A DNA stretch of 63,895 nucleotides, the filler included, from Reticulomyxa filosa (Eukaryota; Protista; Foraminifera), in assembly GCA_000512085.1 (NCBI GenBank). It is 25 parts of 25 records of this genome, joined end to end, with 100 filler letters (N's around TTAATTAATTAA, not from the genome) between each part and the next. Parts side by side here need not be neighbours in the genome. Positions count along the whole stretch, not along the records: positions 38,853 to 41,897 come from ASPP01006607.1; positions 41,998 to 43,592 come from ASPP01006071.1; positions 43,693 to 48,857 come from ASPP01001172.1; positions 48,958 to 50,116 come from ASPP01030509.1; positions 50,217 to 51,700 come from ASPP01035777.1; 20 more parts are not named here. The stretch is one strand, 5' to 3'. Below, piece by piece: positions 38,853 through 51,261 of this stretch (the stretch's first letter is position 1; the number at the start of each line of letters is the position of its first letter). The notes beneath the pieces were generated by a model that was given only the letters and a program-made list of their open reading frames with translations, was not told where the DNA came from and did not search any database. The position numbers and the translations under genes were made by a program.

Positions 38853-41780
38853 TTATTATGGTATTGTCATGATTATGATCATGATCATCAGATTCGTCCC
38901 AATTTAAATCATGGTGAAATACAAATGTATTTGTATTAGCTTTGTGGCTTTGACTGCTCTCAATTTCCAATTGTCCCCTTTCTTTGTTGGGTTGTTCACT
39001 TGAAGCGGATACACTGTTATCACAGGTGCTTGATAGGATCATCCGTCCAATGCTTGCTCTTTTCTTGGCGTCTTGCTTCCTTTTATTCGCTTTCTCCGTC
39101 ACCTGTGATAGCACCATGCTTTTCCTTTCCGTATTTTTACAATGTCTTTTCATCGCGGACTGCACTTTGGTGGACAATTGCCATATGTCGTCGCTGCAGG
39201 CACGCTTGTGAATATTGGCCTTATTTGGGACGCCGATCCCACCCAGAAAGAGCATTTCTCCGTCGGTGTCTATTCAATCAGAAAACATTGTAGAAAGGGA
39301 CAAACACATTCCATGTTCACTCACACATACAAACACACAGGAATGATAATGCACAGCGGCGCGATGAGTGGGGGATAGGGTCGCCTCTACGCTTTCCTCT
39401 TTTTCGATGACGGTCAACGAATCATTTAGCAACAGCTGTTCCACTCCACTGCTGCTTGTTTTTCGAAACAACGGAGGTTTAGTTATGCTGAAAATGTCCG
39501 ACACAACAACATTTGTCTGTGCAAGATTCAATGACGGGAGCAATACAATAGAACACAACACAAACAGATATGAGAAACTCGGGTGTCTTAGTTTGACTGA
39601 GATTCTTGCGAGTTATCTTTTGATTCGGCACGACAGGGGTGTTGTGCATTGATTTGATTTTAATGGTGCGAGTTGACTCTGGTTGTTTGTTGTTCCAATT
39701 CTCATCTTCGTTGTCTTCATAACTGTCATTGCCATTCTCATCGTCTTTATGCTTATTCTTATTGCTGTCCTTATTTTCCTCTTTGTTGTCACTTTTGATA
39801 TTATTCTTGTTTTTGTTTTTTTGTATGTCTATGACAGGAAGAGAATTGGACGGAATAACCACAGACATCTTATTTGGATGTTCGCTCTTCTTTTGTTTCG
39901 TGTCACTGTGCTGTGAACGAAATTGTGTTTCTCTTTTGAGTTGACTTTTGTGTTGTCCCTCCTCTTTTGTTTGTTCTTGGTCCGATCTTTTTTTCTTTTT
40001 GGGTGTATGTATGGATTTGATAGGAATGGCTCAGTCACATAGACATGACAAAGTAGCACTATGTGTGAGCAAAACTTGGAAAAATAGATTTGATCGAATG
40101 AAATTTTTCGAAGACGCTTTTGAAGAGAAATATCGGACAATGAAATTTCATTGTTATCATTCGGTTTGATTGGCACATTTGTTTCAACATGTTGATCTTC
40201 AATCTGATTCAAGTCTTTCAAATTAACGACGTTCCAATTTTTGAATCCGTATTTTTTGACAAATTGTACACTAAAAAAAAAAAAGCATACACATAACACA
40301 TAGAAAGAGAGTAGAAAATATAAAGATAAAGATAGACTTTTCTCTTCACTTGTGACGAGGTTTGCTGATGGCCGAGGAAGCATTGGAATGAATAGTGGAA
40401 TTGGGCGGAGCGTGGAAATGAGGTGTGTTCCACGAAGGCAAAGAATAAAACGATTTGCTGGCGAAATCTCTCGATTCTACTTTTTTCGCAATGATGGTCT
40501 TGTGTCCGTCAATCCTTTCGGAATTGGAAGTGACGTGATGGTGTATCCTTTTCTTGTGTGTTTCCTCTCGTCTTTCTTTAAACATATCACTTCGATTTGC
40601 GTTGGAAGACGTGGACCCCGGGTGGTGATACATTTGCCAGTTGGGATTGTCCATGTATTTGTAACGAGAAGAAAGCGAAGAAAAGGATAACGAGGAGCGC
40701 GCAGAGATGGACGGATGGCGTTTGTCATTCGATTTTAAAGTCGACAAAGGATTTGCATTGGCTTGTTGCCCATTGAAATAATTGATTTTACGTTTCGACA
40801 TTTGTCGTCTTTGTGTTTCCATCGTTGTTGCTGTTGTATGTGTATATTTTATATTTACATATCTCTAGATGTAGACATAGATATTGGTTCAATTTACATT
40901 ATTTTTTTTGGGAAAAAGAAAAAGTGTTGCTTCAACTGTCATGGAATAATTTGTGTCTGCCATTGGAATTGATAGAAAAAGAGGGTGGATTATCCATGTC
41001 CTCAATCAATAGTAATTCTTGTCCTAATTCATTGCATGCGCGATCCAATTCGGCTTTATTGTGTTCAAAGGTTTGCATTAGCATTTTCTCTTCTTCTCCT
41101 TCTTTTTGTTGTTCTCTTTGTTTTGCTCTGTCTTCGTGTTCGTCGATTTTGTCAGTATTGTCATTGTCGTAATTGCGAATGTGACCACCGTCCTCCTCTC
41201 GTCTCTCATCGATAGTCTCACCCCCATTTTGTGCTGTCGGATTAACTTGACCAATGTGATGGCTTTGAGGCATTGCACCCAAACGCAACGAAAGTGAATT
41301 TTTTTGCTGCTGTTGTATGCATAAATCGATGCGTTATTTTCTTCATCGACTTCTTCTAAAAACCCTTCCAATGCATTTACATCTTCACCAAATATTGACA
41401 GATCATTGGAAAATATTGTGCGTTGTTCGCCCTGTATATTTATGTATTTGTGTATTTATATATCACTTGTTCTTAGTCTTCCAAGCAACAAAAAAAACAA
41501 AACTTGTTTGTATTTGTAAGTATAAAATCTCCGTCCAAATCGATCAATATGTACGTGTGTCAAATCAGAATAAACACCAAATCGCAATTCGCAAATAATT
41601 TGTTGAGCCTTTTGATCATCCCACATGGATAAAAGTTCATACTCTTTGATACCGTTGTTTGATGTTTTCAATAGTCTTTCCAGCAAACCACGAAAGCGAT
41701 CGATTTTTTTGGAGTCAAACCAATCCATTGGTCTGGACAATTTTGCACATCAAAAATGCAATTTCGAAGATTCCATTTTT
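38853..41780 (-). CDS. Large multi-exon hypothetical protein, internal fragment
   Basis: Chain of minus-strand exon ORFs (41456-41740, 40932-41430, 40346-40822, 39829-40260, 39274-39868, 38853-39255) with GT-AG introns; no family recognised. Confidence 0.6.
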
Positions 41781-42109
41781 TTTTTTTATCCATGCACCTC
41801 CCTCTCTCTTTCTTTCTCTTCTCCGTGCACTCGAGAGCACACATACAAATAAATAAATAAATATATACATAAATATTTATATGTATACACAAACACGNNN
41901 NNNNNNNNNNNNNNNNNNNNNNNNNNNNNNNNNNNNNNNNNTTAATTAATTAANNNNNNNNNNNNNNNNNNNNNNNNNNNNNNNNNNNNNNNNNNNNACA
42001 CACAAACAATACTTATTAATTTTTTTTTATGTTCAAACAAAAGAAGGGCCCCTTTTTTTCCCTCCTCACTCCCCCCCTTTTGCTTTTGAGCTTAAAAAAA
42101 ATAGCTGAC

Positions 42110-42861
42110 TTAACGTGATCTTGTCGGATAAATAAATTCATGTTTGGCAAGGTTCCCAAGGCTTCATAATCTTCGGTTGCCTTCAACTTGCGAAACAGCT
42201 CCGACACTTCCTTTGATTCTTGCTCTAACAGAGTTTTGCAAATCTCTAACAAGCAGTGATACAAAAACTTCATTTTTTTTGGCTTGTATTTTGTTTGAAT
42301 TTGAGGGGTCACCTTTTCGAACCAAATTGCTAAGGGTAATATATGTTCCTATAGAAGCAAATTTTTGATGCGAATTTAAGTTAAAAAAAAGTATACGTAT
42401 TGCTTGACCAAACAAAAACAAAAAAAAAGTTTGATGAAAAACTGTGAAGTTTTCGTAATGCTCTTTGTTGATTGGGGAGGTAAACACTTTGGTTGTCAAT
42501 TCCAATAATGTTGTTTGAATCAAGTTCTTGTCCAATATGTATGCGTCCAAAAACAAGTCTTCTGGAATTGGACATTGCAAATTCTTCAGACGGCTAACAA
42601 TGTATGACAACACTGGACTTGCATCTTTGTCGTCAGTCACCAATCCTTGTTTTTTCCACCATTCAATATAGCGTGTTCGAGCCACCTTTTTTTGTTTTGT
42701 TCAAATATTTGCTTCCTAATCGCCAACAAAAAAATATAGTCATGACGTCCTTTTTTTTTTTAGTAAGGACAAATTACAATTTTTGTTCGCTGCTCCTCCA
42801 CTTCACGTCGCTTACGACGAACTTGGTCACTCACACGTGCACTGCTGCTAGCTGTTCCCAT
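42110..42861 (-). CDS. 5' part of a hypothetical, possibly N-myristoylated protein; may continue into 38853-41780
   Basis: First exon MGTASSSARVSDQVRRKRREVEEQRTKI, GT-AG intron, then VARTRYIEWWKK... Confidence 0.6.
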
Positions 42862-43129
42862 TATGCAGGTTAAAATAAAGGAGAGGAAAATTGGGTGGGT
42901 ACTTACAAAAAAAAAGGTCAAAGACCTGTTTTAAAAAAAATTAGTTCAAAATTAAAATCATTTTAAAGAGATACAATGTTTTCGTTGTTGAATTATCATA
43001 CTCCGTGATTAGAATTTCTTGATAAAAGGGGGAAAAAAAAGGAAGGTACACAGTTGAACACCCCTCGAGAGGGAGGGGGAAGAAAGAGTGGATAATTTAT
43101 TTTACATAAAACTTAATAATCATTCGTCA

Positions 43130-43592
43130 ATGGCAGAAGAATTAGAAATAGATAATATTTTATCTGACGATCTTGCAGATTCGACAGAAGACTTAGGCTG
43201 GCAATCGGAAAACGACAAGGTTCAAGTCAAAGAGAATAGCTTCTCAAAGTTGAACAACAGCCAAAAAAAAAGGAAAAAAAAAAGGTCAATGCAAGAGCAT
43301 AGTGTCGTCCATAATAACGATCCTTCAAAAAAAAAAAAAAAAAAATATGCATATATGATATCAAACAGAAATGAGTCACATAAGAGAAAGCAAAAAAAAA
43401 ACCACATAATGGTGTTAATTGGGTCATTATCGAAATTTAAAGAAATATATAAGGATACAGACGACGCGAGATTTTTGTATTCCATATTTTCCAATACAAA
43501 AAAAATAAAACATGTAGTGCTGGCCCGAAAACGGAATGGATGGAAGAAAACTAAAACGTTTCATTCCACGTGCGAAAAAAAAAAAAAAAAAA
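43130..43592 (+). CDS. 5' fragment of an acidic/Lys-rich, probably nuclear protein
   Basis: MAEELEIDNILSDDL...KKRKKKR; divergent from the previous gene across ~270 nt. Confidence 0.55.
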
Positions 43593-44187
43593 NNNNNNNN
43601 NNNNNNNNNNNNNNNNNNNNNNNNNNNNNNNNNNNNTTAATTAATTAANNNNNNNNNNNNNNNNNNNNNNNNNNNNNNNNNNNNNNNNNNNNATCATATA
43701 ATACACAATGCATTTCAATATTTTTATTTTCTTGCAGTCTATGTTTAAAAGACGATGAGCCTAACCTAGTAAAATAATACAAGATGGATTTCCAAATAAA
43801 AAACTAAAGCTGGAAGTGGAAAAGTTTATTATCTTAAAGAATCGCATATTCATAGCAAACAACCAATTATTATTGGTAGTTTTTTTATTTTTTTTGCAAA
43901 AGTAATTGGTTTGATTTCTGTGGGCTTCTTGTCCATTACCTTAAACATTTTTTATTTTTTTATGAGGTATAACTTTTTATGAAGTTCTTATGTTTACTAA
44001 TAAATCAAAAAGTTGCAGGAGAGTGAAAGTCTATGTGAAGCAAGCTCATATGATGCATAATCTTTTTGTGATGTTTCACAAAAAAATATTTTAAAAATTT
44101 AAATGTTAATTGTTGAATTTTTTTAAGCTACAAAATTTCATATAGAACAACGACCACGATTCAGTTCAATTAACCTTAAAAAAAGGA

Positions 44188-45504
44188 ATGAACTTAAGCT
44201 TATCAATGGAAGTTATGTTTAAGTTGTCTTTAGGTCTTTATTCTTTATTGTTTATTATCATTTTTGCTTTACGGTTGAAACAGTTAAAAGAAGATATCCA
44301 AATAATTATTCAGTATTGGATTCGAATATTAAATATTAAATTAGTATGGGTCAAAGAATTTGACAAATTTATTGCTAATTATGTTAGGTTATTTATTTTC
44401 TCTTTCATTTAGTTCAATAAAATTTCCAATATTTATTAACACAGGTATCTACAATCTTCATGTTTGACATCTTTCGCTCATCATCCAAATTACTTAAAAC
44501 CTTCATTTATCATAAAAAAAATGTGTCGAGTTTTGACTATTCAGAATTTGATAATAGTCAATTCATTTGTTCTGGATCAATTGATAAAACAGTTTGTGTA
44601 TGGGATTTTGATAACAACAAACAAATTCAATCATTCAATGGCCATTCAGATTCTGTGAATTGTGTGAAATTTTCACCTTATCATTATCATAATCATCGTC
44701 AAAATGTCATTTGTTCTTCATCAAGTGACACAACAATTCGTTTTTGGGATTTCAAACATAATCAACAATTACAAATATTCAATGGACAAATATGGGGTGT
44801 CGGTGGTATTGAATTTTCACCATTTAATAGTGGTAGATATTTGTGTTCTGGGTCTAGATACAAAACAGTTCGTTTATGGGATGTTGAAACATCCAATTCA
44901 TTACATATTTTCAATGGACATGAAAAGCTATGTTTGGTGTGTTGATATTTCACCATTGCAAAACAATAACAACAATGACAAAAGTAATAATATTGGTGTG
45001 ATTGGTGGAAATGGATATACAATTTGTTCTGGATCAGGTGATAAAACTGTTCGAATATGGGATATTGAAACAACTAAACAATTGAGTTTATTTAAAGGGT
45101 GTTATGGTGCAGTGAATAGTGTGAAATATGGATCAAATGAATTATTAAATACAATATTATCTGGATCAAGTGATAAAAGTGTTCGTTTGTGGGATATTCG
45201 ATCTGGTCAACAAATTCAAGTGTTCAATGGACATATATATAGAGTGACGTGTGTTGAATATTCACCATTTGTAATAAAGAATAATATTGGTAATTCAAAT
45301 GTGATATGCTCTGGGTCAAGTGATAATACAATTCGTTTTTGGGATATTCGATCAAATAAAAATGAATTGTACGTGATGAAATTAGATGAGCAAGTAATAT
45401 GCCTTAAATTCATAGAATTGAAAAAGAAAATAAACAATAAAAAATCAAATAATGTTAACTTATGTTATGGTTCACGCAAAGGTTTAGTTTGTGTTTGGGG
45501 ATGA
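44188..45504 (+). CDS. WD40-repeat protein (second family, ICSGSxDKT..WD) with N-terminal box exon; possibly decaying
   Basis: About 7 WD40 repeats; box exon 44284-44382; A-run frameshift near 44925; some consensus losses (SGSRYKT, GCYGAV); start uncertain. Confidence 0.85.
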
Positions 45505-46558
45505 ACGCATTGAATTTGTTTTAATTTATTCACATGAAGTAAAAATAAAACTAATTTACTTTTATTTTTCTTACGCAATTTTTGAAAATATGAAATATTT
45601 GGACTGTAATTGATAACATAATTGACAACAATTTTTTTGTAGAAAAACATTTTGTGAGAATAATATTTTCTGTGAAAAAAACTAAGCTTTAAATTTTGTG
45701 TGCATTACCACAATTTACAAATGTTAAAATATTATCCTGCTCACTTTATCTTTCGAAATTGAAACAAATAAAATGATCAGAAACATCTTATTATTCAAAA
45801 TCAATACTTCACCGGCAAAAATAAATTCAATGACAACTGTACCAAAAAAATGTAAAAACAAAGACGGAAGAAGAAAAATTTTTTAAAAAAAAGATTAAAC
45901 CAAAAGGGCCTGCCTTTCTTTTTTAATTTTTTCTTCATGTTTTGAATTGTTGCGTTCATTGTGTGTTGTGGCTGGACTGAAGTGAAAACTATCCATGAAA
46001 AAGAAGTTGTTTTAATGTGTTTAATACATTTAAAATTTTTTTACAATCAACAGCTAAAAAAATGATTCCCCTAAAATGAACCCCTGAACATTCATGCGTT
46101 TATATATTATTCGAAATTCTTTTTTAAAATAATATTTATGCATCGTTGAGAATCCAAAAAATTGTTAACGTTTTTTTTAATTTTTTGAAAATTATAAAAA
46201 AAAGCAATGATTCGTTCTGGTAACGAATTTTGTATGGTATTCCACACTTTTATTAAAAACCAAATACTCTTTTTGATAGTTCAGAAACTTGGTTTAGAAA
46301 TATTGCAAATAACCTTTTTTATGTAAATGTTAAGTTTTTTTTTTTTTTTAAGGAATATTTAAAAAATTATAAATATTAAGATTTGATTACACTGTTGATT
46401 TATGATAGAAGAATAAATTATCTATAAGCCGTAAACAAATATTTATCTATTTTTTTTCAATACACTATCCATTGCTAAAGATTATCAATTTTTTAAAAAT
46501 TTGCAAAAATCGATGAAATTAAAAAAATTATAGATATTTCAATTATCAATTCATTTAC

Positions 46559-47802
46559 TGTATTTAAAAATAATTTGATAAAAATCATCAATCCATCCTA
46601 ATTTTATCTTTAAAGTTCGAATCCAACATTCAATAATAAATTGTATTTCACGTTTTGACTATTGATTATTTCATGCAATATAAAATGTATTTGTGTTTAA
46701 TCAAAAAATAAAAATAAAAAATTACCAACTGTGAATCATTCCATATACGCACTTTTGTTTTCATATGAGTTGATAATGTAACATTTTTATCATTTCGTCC
46801 TCCAATAATGTGCATATAAATATTGTCTTCACTTAATATTGCAGCACAATCATATAATGTACTGGGTAAAATATTTTGAAATGTTGTCCATTTATTCTCC
46901 TGAATTGAATATGTATGTATTGATTTTGAAAAGATAGTATTATTACCAAATGTGTCATTCCATCCGCCAAAAAATAAGATAATATTATGAATACATAAAT
47001 ATGCATATCCATTGAAACGTGAAATATCATTACAAACAGATATTTTATAAAATTGAAAAGTATTGTAATCTTTGTAATATTGAATTAATAATCCTGTATC
47101 ATAACAAAACAATAACATTTCGTATTTTTTTTCTTTTAAATTTTTTGATTTGGATTTTGATATTGAGACAAAACAATGAAATTGTATCCAATTATCAGTT
47201 GGTAAAATATCATGTTTAATAAATTGAAATGTATTAAAATCAAATACACTAATATTATTTCTTCTATAAGTAATAAATAATAAATTACTATTTTTTTTAT
47301 CAATTATTGCACGTACTCCTTGATAAAGATCTTTATCTCTTCCAATAATAATTGGATAATTATGATTATCTGTAAAAGGAATCCATTGATTATAATTTTC
47401 TTTGTCATTAATATTTTTATTACTCCAAACACTTACATATTTCATTATAAGTGTATGTCTTTTTATAAATAAAGATCCGCCAAAAGATAACAAAGTAATT
47501 TCGTTGTTGTTATCTTTATTTTTATTGTTTATCATTTTCACTACACAATGTCCAAGTAATGTAATATCATTTGGATATTCACATATAAATTTATATTCAT
47601 TTTTTATTGTATGATAAGAATAACAATTTCTTTGAAGATAACCTCCACAAATAAGAAGTTCGTGTTTGTGTAACACACATTGAGATTGATGAAGTGCAAT
47701 AGGCAAACTCTTCAAATTTTCAAAGGTAGTTGAAGTAGTAAGATGATTACTTTGTTCACTTTGTCTTTTGGAAGAATTTTGTATTGCAAATCGATTACCC
47801 AT
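46559..47802 (-). CDS. Kelch-like beta-propeller protein with C-terminal box exon
   Basis: MGNRF start; ICGG, SFGG, FFGGW, IIGG repeats; GT-AG intron then exon 46658-46559 SKREIQFIIECWIRTLKIKLGWIDDFYQIIFKY. Confidence 0.88.
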
Positions 47803-48164
47803 GCTAAGAAAAAAAGGGCATAACTCTTTTTTAAAAAACAAAAAAACTGTCAAAAAATGTAAAAAATCTCTCTTCTCCATCATAACATTCTTAACACTAA
47901 AATTTACTTCCCTCGTTTATGTTTTTTTACTTTGCTAATTTTTGTTGATGAATTTATTCGACTAATTTTTCTTATTCGTGTTGATTGCAAAGTCGCGTTG
48001 TTTTTGAAAATTTATGTAAAAAATTTATGCTAAAAAAAGTTGGCAAGTTTCATGGCTATGAAACAGGCACACCTGTCAACTTCTTCCCGAAAATATTCAA
48101 AAATCAATAACTTATTCAAATTTTTCAAACAATTATGAAATATGTAATAAAAAATAATATTTAA

Positions 48165-48246
48165 AACCAGATATTTTTTTAAGATGAAAAAATTATGTTT
48201 AAATGTACACCGATGTATATGTTAACTTTCTTTTGAATTCTACGTA
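48165..48246 (-). mobile_element. Degenerate Tc1-family TIR remnant
   Basis: Reverse complement TACGTAGAATTCAAAAGAAAGTTAACATA..ATTTAAACATAATTTT..AATATCT resembles the 38634 TIR. Confidence 0.4.
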
Positions 48247-48374
48247 AATGAATGCGATTTACAAAACTCAAAACAGTTCAAGATGAATTAGAAATAAAGA
48301 TGAAAACAAAGTTTACTGTTTACACACAGCTCTTCCTTTCACAAAAAAAAATCCTTTTCATGCCTTCATCTTAG

Positions 48375-48771
48375 ATGTCTGGCGTCTCTGGTATACAGCA
48401 ACTTAAGAAATCTGCAGAAAAAATAGATGGGCCAAGTCCCAATGAAGATGCAAACGATAATATCAGCAAAGATTCTGAAGAGCATCAAGTTGAAGTGTTA
48501 CCTACAAGCAACAGCAAAAAAAAAAAAAACTGATGAGTCATTGTGTAAACAACCCTTTGCAAACACACGGGAAAAAAAAAAAAGACAACAATAGCACGAT
48601 TAAAAGCGGAAAAGCAACAAGTGCAAGTCAAAGAGATGCGCGACTTGAAGCAGCAATTGAAAAACTCGATATCGAAACAAGAATACGAAGCAATGAAAAG
48701 TGAAAACGATCAATTAAAATTTGATTTGTTGGATGTTTCTTCTCAAGTCCAAACTTTAGCACATGAACTTG
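48375..48771 (+). CDS. Coiled-coil protein, 5' fragment (2 exons visible)
   Basis: MSGVSGIQQL..EEHQ[intron]TTIARLKAEKQQ..LAHEL then GTATG donor. Confidence 0.6.
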
Positions 48772-48805
48772 GTATGTATTTTATTTGTAATAATGCAATG
48801 CATAT

Positions 48806-48848
<43 letters not shown>

Positions 48849-48958
48849 CACATATATNNNNNNNNNNNNNNNNNNNNNNNNNNNNNNNNNNNNNNNNNNN
48901 NTTAATTAATTAANNNNNNNNNNNNNNNNNNNNNNNNNNNNNNNNNNNNNNNNNNNNC

Positions 48959-49843
48959 GCTGACGCGCGCCTGGCACGGCGCGAGGCTACTGCGCTCGAG
49001 AGGCTGCGGTTCCAGGCCGCCTACTGGCTGGTGCTCAAGAACATACGCCGCATGATCGGCCTCGATCGCTGCCGCTGGCTGTTCACCGGGGCCGCACCGA
49101 TCTCGCCCGAACTGATCCGCTGGTACCTGGCACTCGGCCTCGACATGTACGAGGTCTACGGCCAGACGGAGAATTGCGGGCTGGCGACGGCGATGCCTGC
49201 CAATGCGATCAAGCTCGGTACGGTCGGCAAGTCGGTGCCTTACGGCGAGGTCGCGATCTCGCCGGCCGGCGAGATCCTGATCAAGGGCGACATGGTGTTC
49301 ATGGGCTACCTGAACCAGCCCGAGAAGACCGCCGAAACCATCGACAAGGAGGGCTGGCTGCACACCGGCGACGTCGGCCTGATCGACGAGGAAGGCTACG
49401 TCAAGATCACCGACCGGATGAAGGACATCATCATCACGGCGGGTGGCAAGAACATCACGCCGTCGGAGATCGAGAACCTGCTCAAGGCGTCGCCTTATAT
49501 CAGCGACGCCGTGGTGATCGGCGACAAGCGCGCCTATCTCACCTGCCTGGTGATGATCGAGCGGGAGACGGTCGAGAAGTTCGCCCAGGACCTCGACGTG
49601 CCCTTCACCAACTACACGAGCCTGTGCCGCGCCAAGGAAGTGCAGGACCTGATCTGGTCAGAGATCGAGCGGGTCAACGCAAACTTCGCCCGCGTCGAGA
49701 CGATCAAGCGGTTCTTCCTGATCGAACAGCAACTCACGCCCGAGGATGAGGAACTGACCCCGACCATGAAGCTCAAACGCTCTTTCGTGAACACCAAATA
49801 CAAGGAACAGATCGACGCGATGTACCGCCCGCAGGCTGCCTGA
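48959..49843 (+). CDS. Bacterial AMP-dependent long-chain fatty acyl-CoA synthetase, 5' partial
   Basis: TGAAP, YGQTE, GTVG, GYLNQPEKTAE, GWLHTGDVG, ITDRMKDIIITAGGKNITP, ELTPTMKLKR; high GC, no introns. Confidence 0.95.
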   Translation, partial: ADARLARREATALERLRFQAAYWLVLKNIRRMIGLDRCRWLFTGAAPISPELIRWYLALGLDMYEVYGQTENCGLATAMPANAIKLGTVGKSVPYGEVAISPAGEILIKGDMVFMGYLNQPEKTAETIDKEGWLHTGDVGLIDEEGYVKITDRMKDIIITAGGKNITPSEIENLLKASPYISDAVVIGDKRAYLTCLVMIERETVEKFAQDLDVPFTNYTSLCRAKEVQDLIWSEIERVNANFARVETIKRFFLIEQQLTPEDEELTPTMKLKRSFVNTKYKEQIDAMYRPQAA

Positions 49844-49904
49844 GCCGCGCGGTTCGAGGTCAACAAACGGGGAACACGTAAACCTAGTGGAGGAAATCGA
49901 AGTG

Positions 49905-50116
49905 ATGCGTTCGTTTTGCGTAAAGGCCGCCCTTCTGGGCGGTGTGTTCAGCCTCGCCGCCCTGCCCGCCCTGGCGCAGCAGACCAAGGTCACCAATCAG
50001 GGCATCACGCCCACCGAGATCGTCCTGGGCACCCATCAGGATCTTTCGGGCCCGATCAAGTCCTGGGGCGTCCCTGTCACCAACGGCATGAAGATGGCCG
50101 TCGACGAGATCAACGC
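49905..50116 (+). CDS. Bacterial ABC transporter substrate-binding protein (branched-chain amino acid/LivJ-type fold), 3' partial
   Basis: GGAGG Shine-Dalgarno at ~49889; signal peptide ending ALA; QGITPTEIVLGTHQDLSGP..G.KMAVDEIN. Confidence 0.9.
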
Positions 50117-50599
50117 NNNNNNNNNNNNNNNNNNNNNNNNNNNNNNNNNNNNNNNNNNNNTTAATTAATTAANNNNNNNNNNNNNNNNNNNNNNNNNNNN
50201 NNNNNNNNNNNNNNNNTAAATTTGCAATTTTTTGGAATATTTTGACAAAACAACTTGAAAAATATTTGTTAAAATTTTTATATATTATTTCATTTTTTGT
50301 TCTGTAATTGTGATTCCAAAAACAGGTAATTTGAAAATTAGAATTGTTTTTTGGAACGAATCCTTAATTTTCTTGAGTAACGACTTTTCTCTAGAAGAGA
50401 AAAAGTTTTCCCTTTTTAGAAAAAATTCTTTTGGACATTACGAAGGTGGTTTGGCTCTTCCCTCTTCAAACAACCTAACAAGCCAAACATATACAACATG
50501 GAGAGCTCCTTCACCAATGTATTCCTCTACAAAAATGTTACAGCTGCCGAAGAAGAAAGAATAGAGTCAGTGTAAACCCATGAAATTATTTATAAATAG

Positions 50600-50890
50600 G
50601 CTAGGTATTCGATTATACGCCATTTTCACAATCAAAAACAAAGTTTACAATATTATCTTCTGTTTATCGATCGAAATTGATTGTCCATAACAATTAGTAC
50701 GTGAAATTACAAAAAATCACCACAACAGTGGGAGTCAATTGTTACAACGAAGTTTCTCAATGGAAATGTACGTACCAGTTTGTTTTTTTTAGCACTTTTT
50801 TACCAAAAAATTTTTTTATTAGATCATGTTTTTATGTATTTTCTGTCACTGTATTGTGACCAAACAAAGAAATAAACCAAAAACTCATTC
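50600..50890 (+). pseudogene. Degenerate RAP-domain fragment
   Basis: YSI.AIFTIKNKVYNIIFCLSIEIDCP* across one indel; homologous to 3470-3680 including the intron. Confidence 0.45.
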
Positions 50891-50967
50891 AAAATATTTC
50901 GAATCTAATACTTCAACACTTTGACTGCCCAAAAAAAACAAAGAATAACAATGCATTCAATTTCACA

Positions 50968-51261
50968 ATGACACCTAAATTAATCCATCATATGGACCGT
51001 CAAGCGAGCGGATTGATGGTGTTTGGTAAATCTTTACTTACTATCAAAGAATCTCTCGGTCAGTGGAACAGCTTTAACAACAATTTCATGCGTAGTAAAT
51101 GTCTTATTCTCTGCCATGGATCCTTTACATCATTTCAATGTGCCGACAAAATTCGTTACAGTTTGATACAACCAAGCGTGCTTCTCACTAACAACGTGTC
51201 CCAATTACATTATCAACAAATATTGGTGATGATGAGATCGATGAATTGCTCACTGAATTAG
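50968..51261 (+). pseudogene. RluA-family pseudouridine synthase remnant
   Basis: PKLIHHMDRQASGLMVFGK corresponds to HRLDxxTSG motif II; SKCLILCHG corresponds to KxYxAxVxG; truncated. Confidence 0.7.

Noticed and set aside
49174-49749. 191-aa Arg-rich alternative-frame ORF
   Set aside because: Typical stop-poor shadow frame of high-GC coding DNA
48958-50116. Horizontal gene transfer into the host
   Set aside because: The whole contig is bacterial, with no host flank, intron or amelioration
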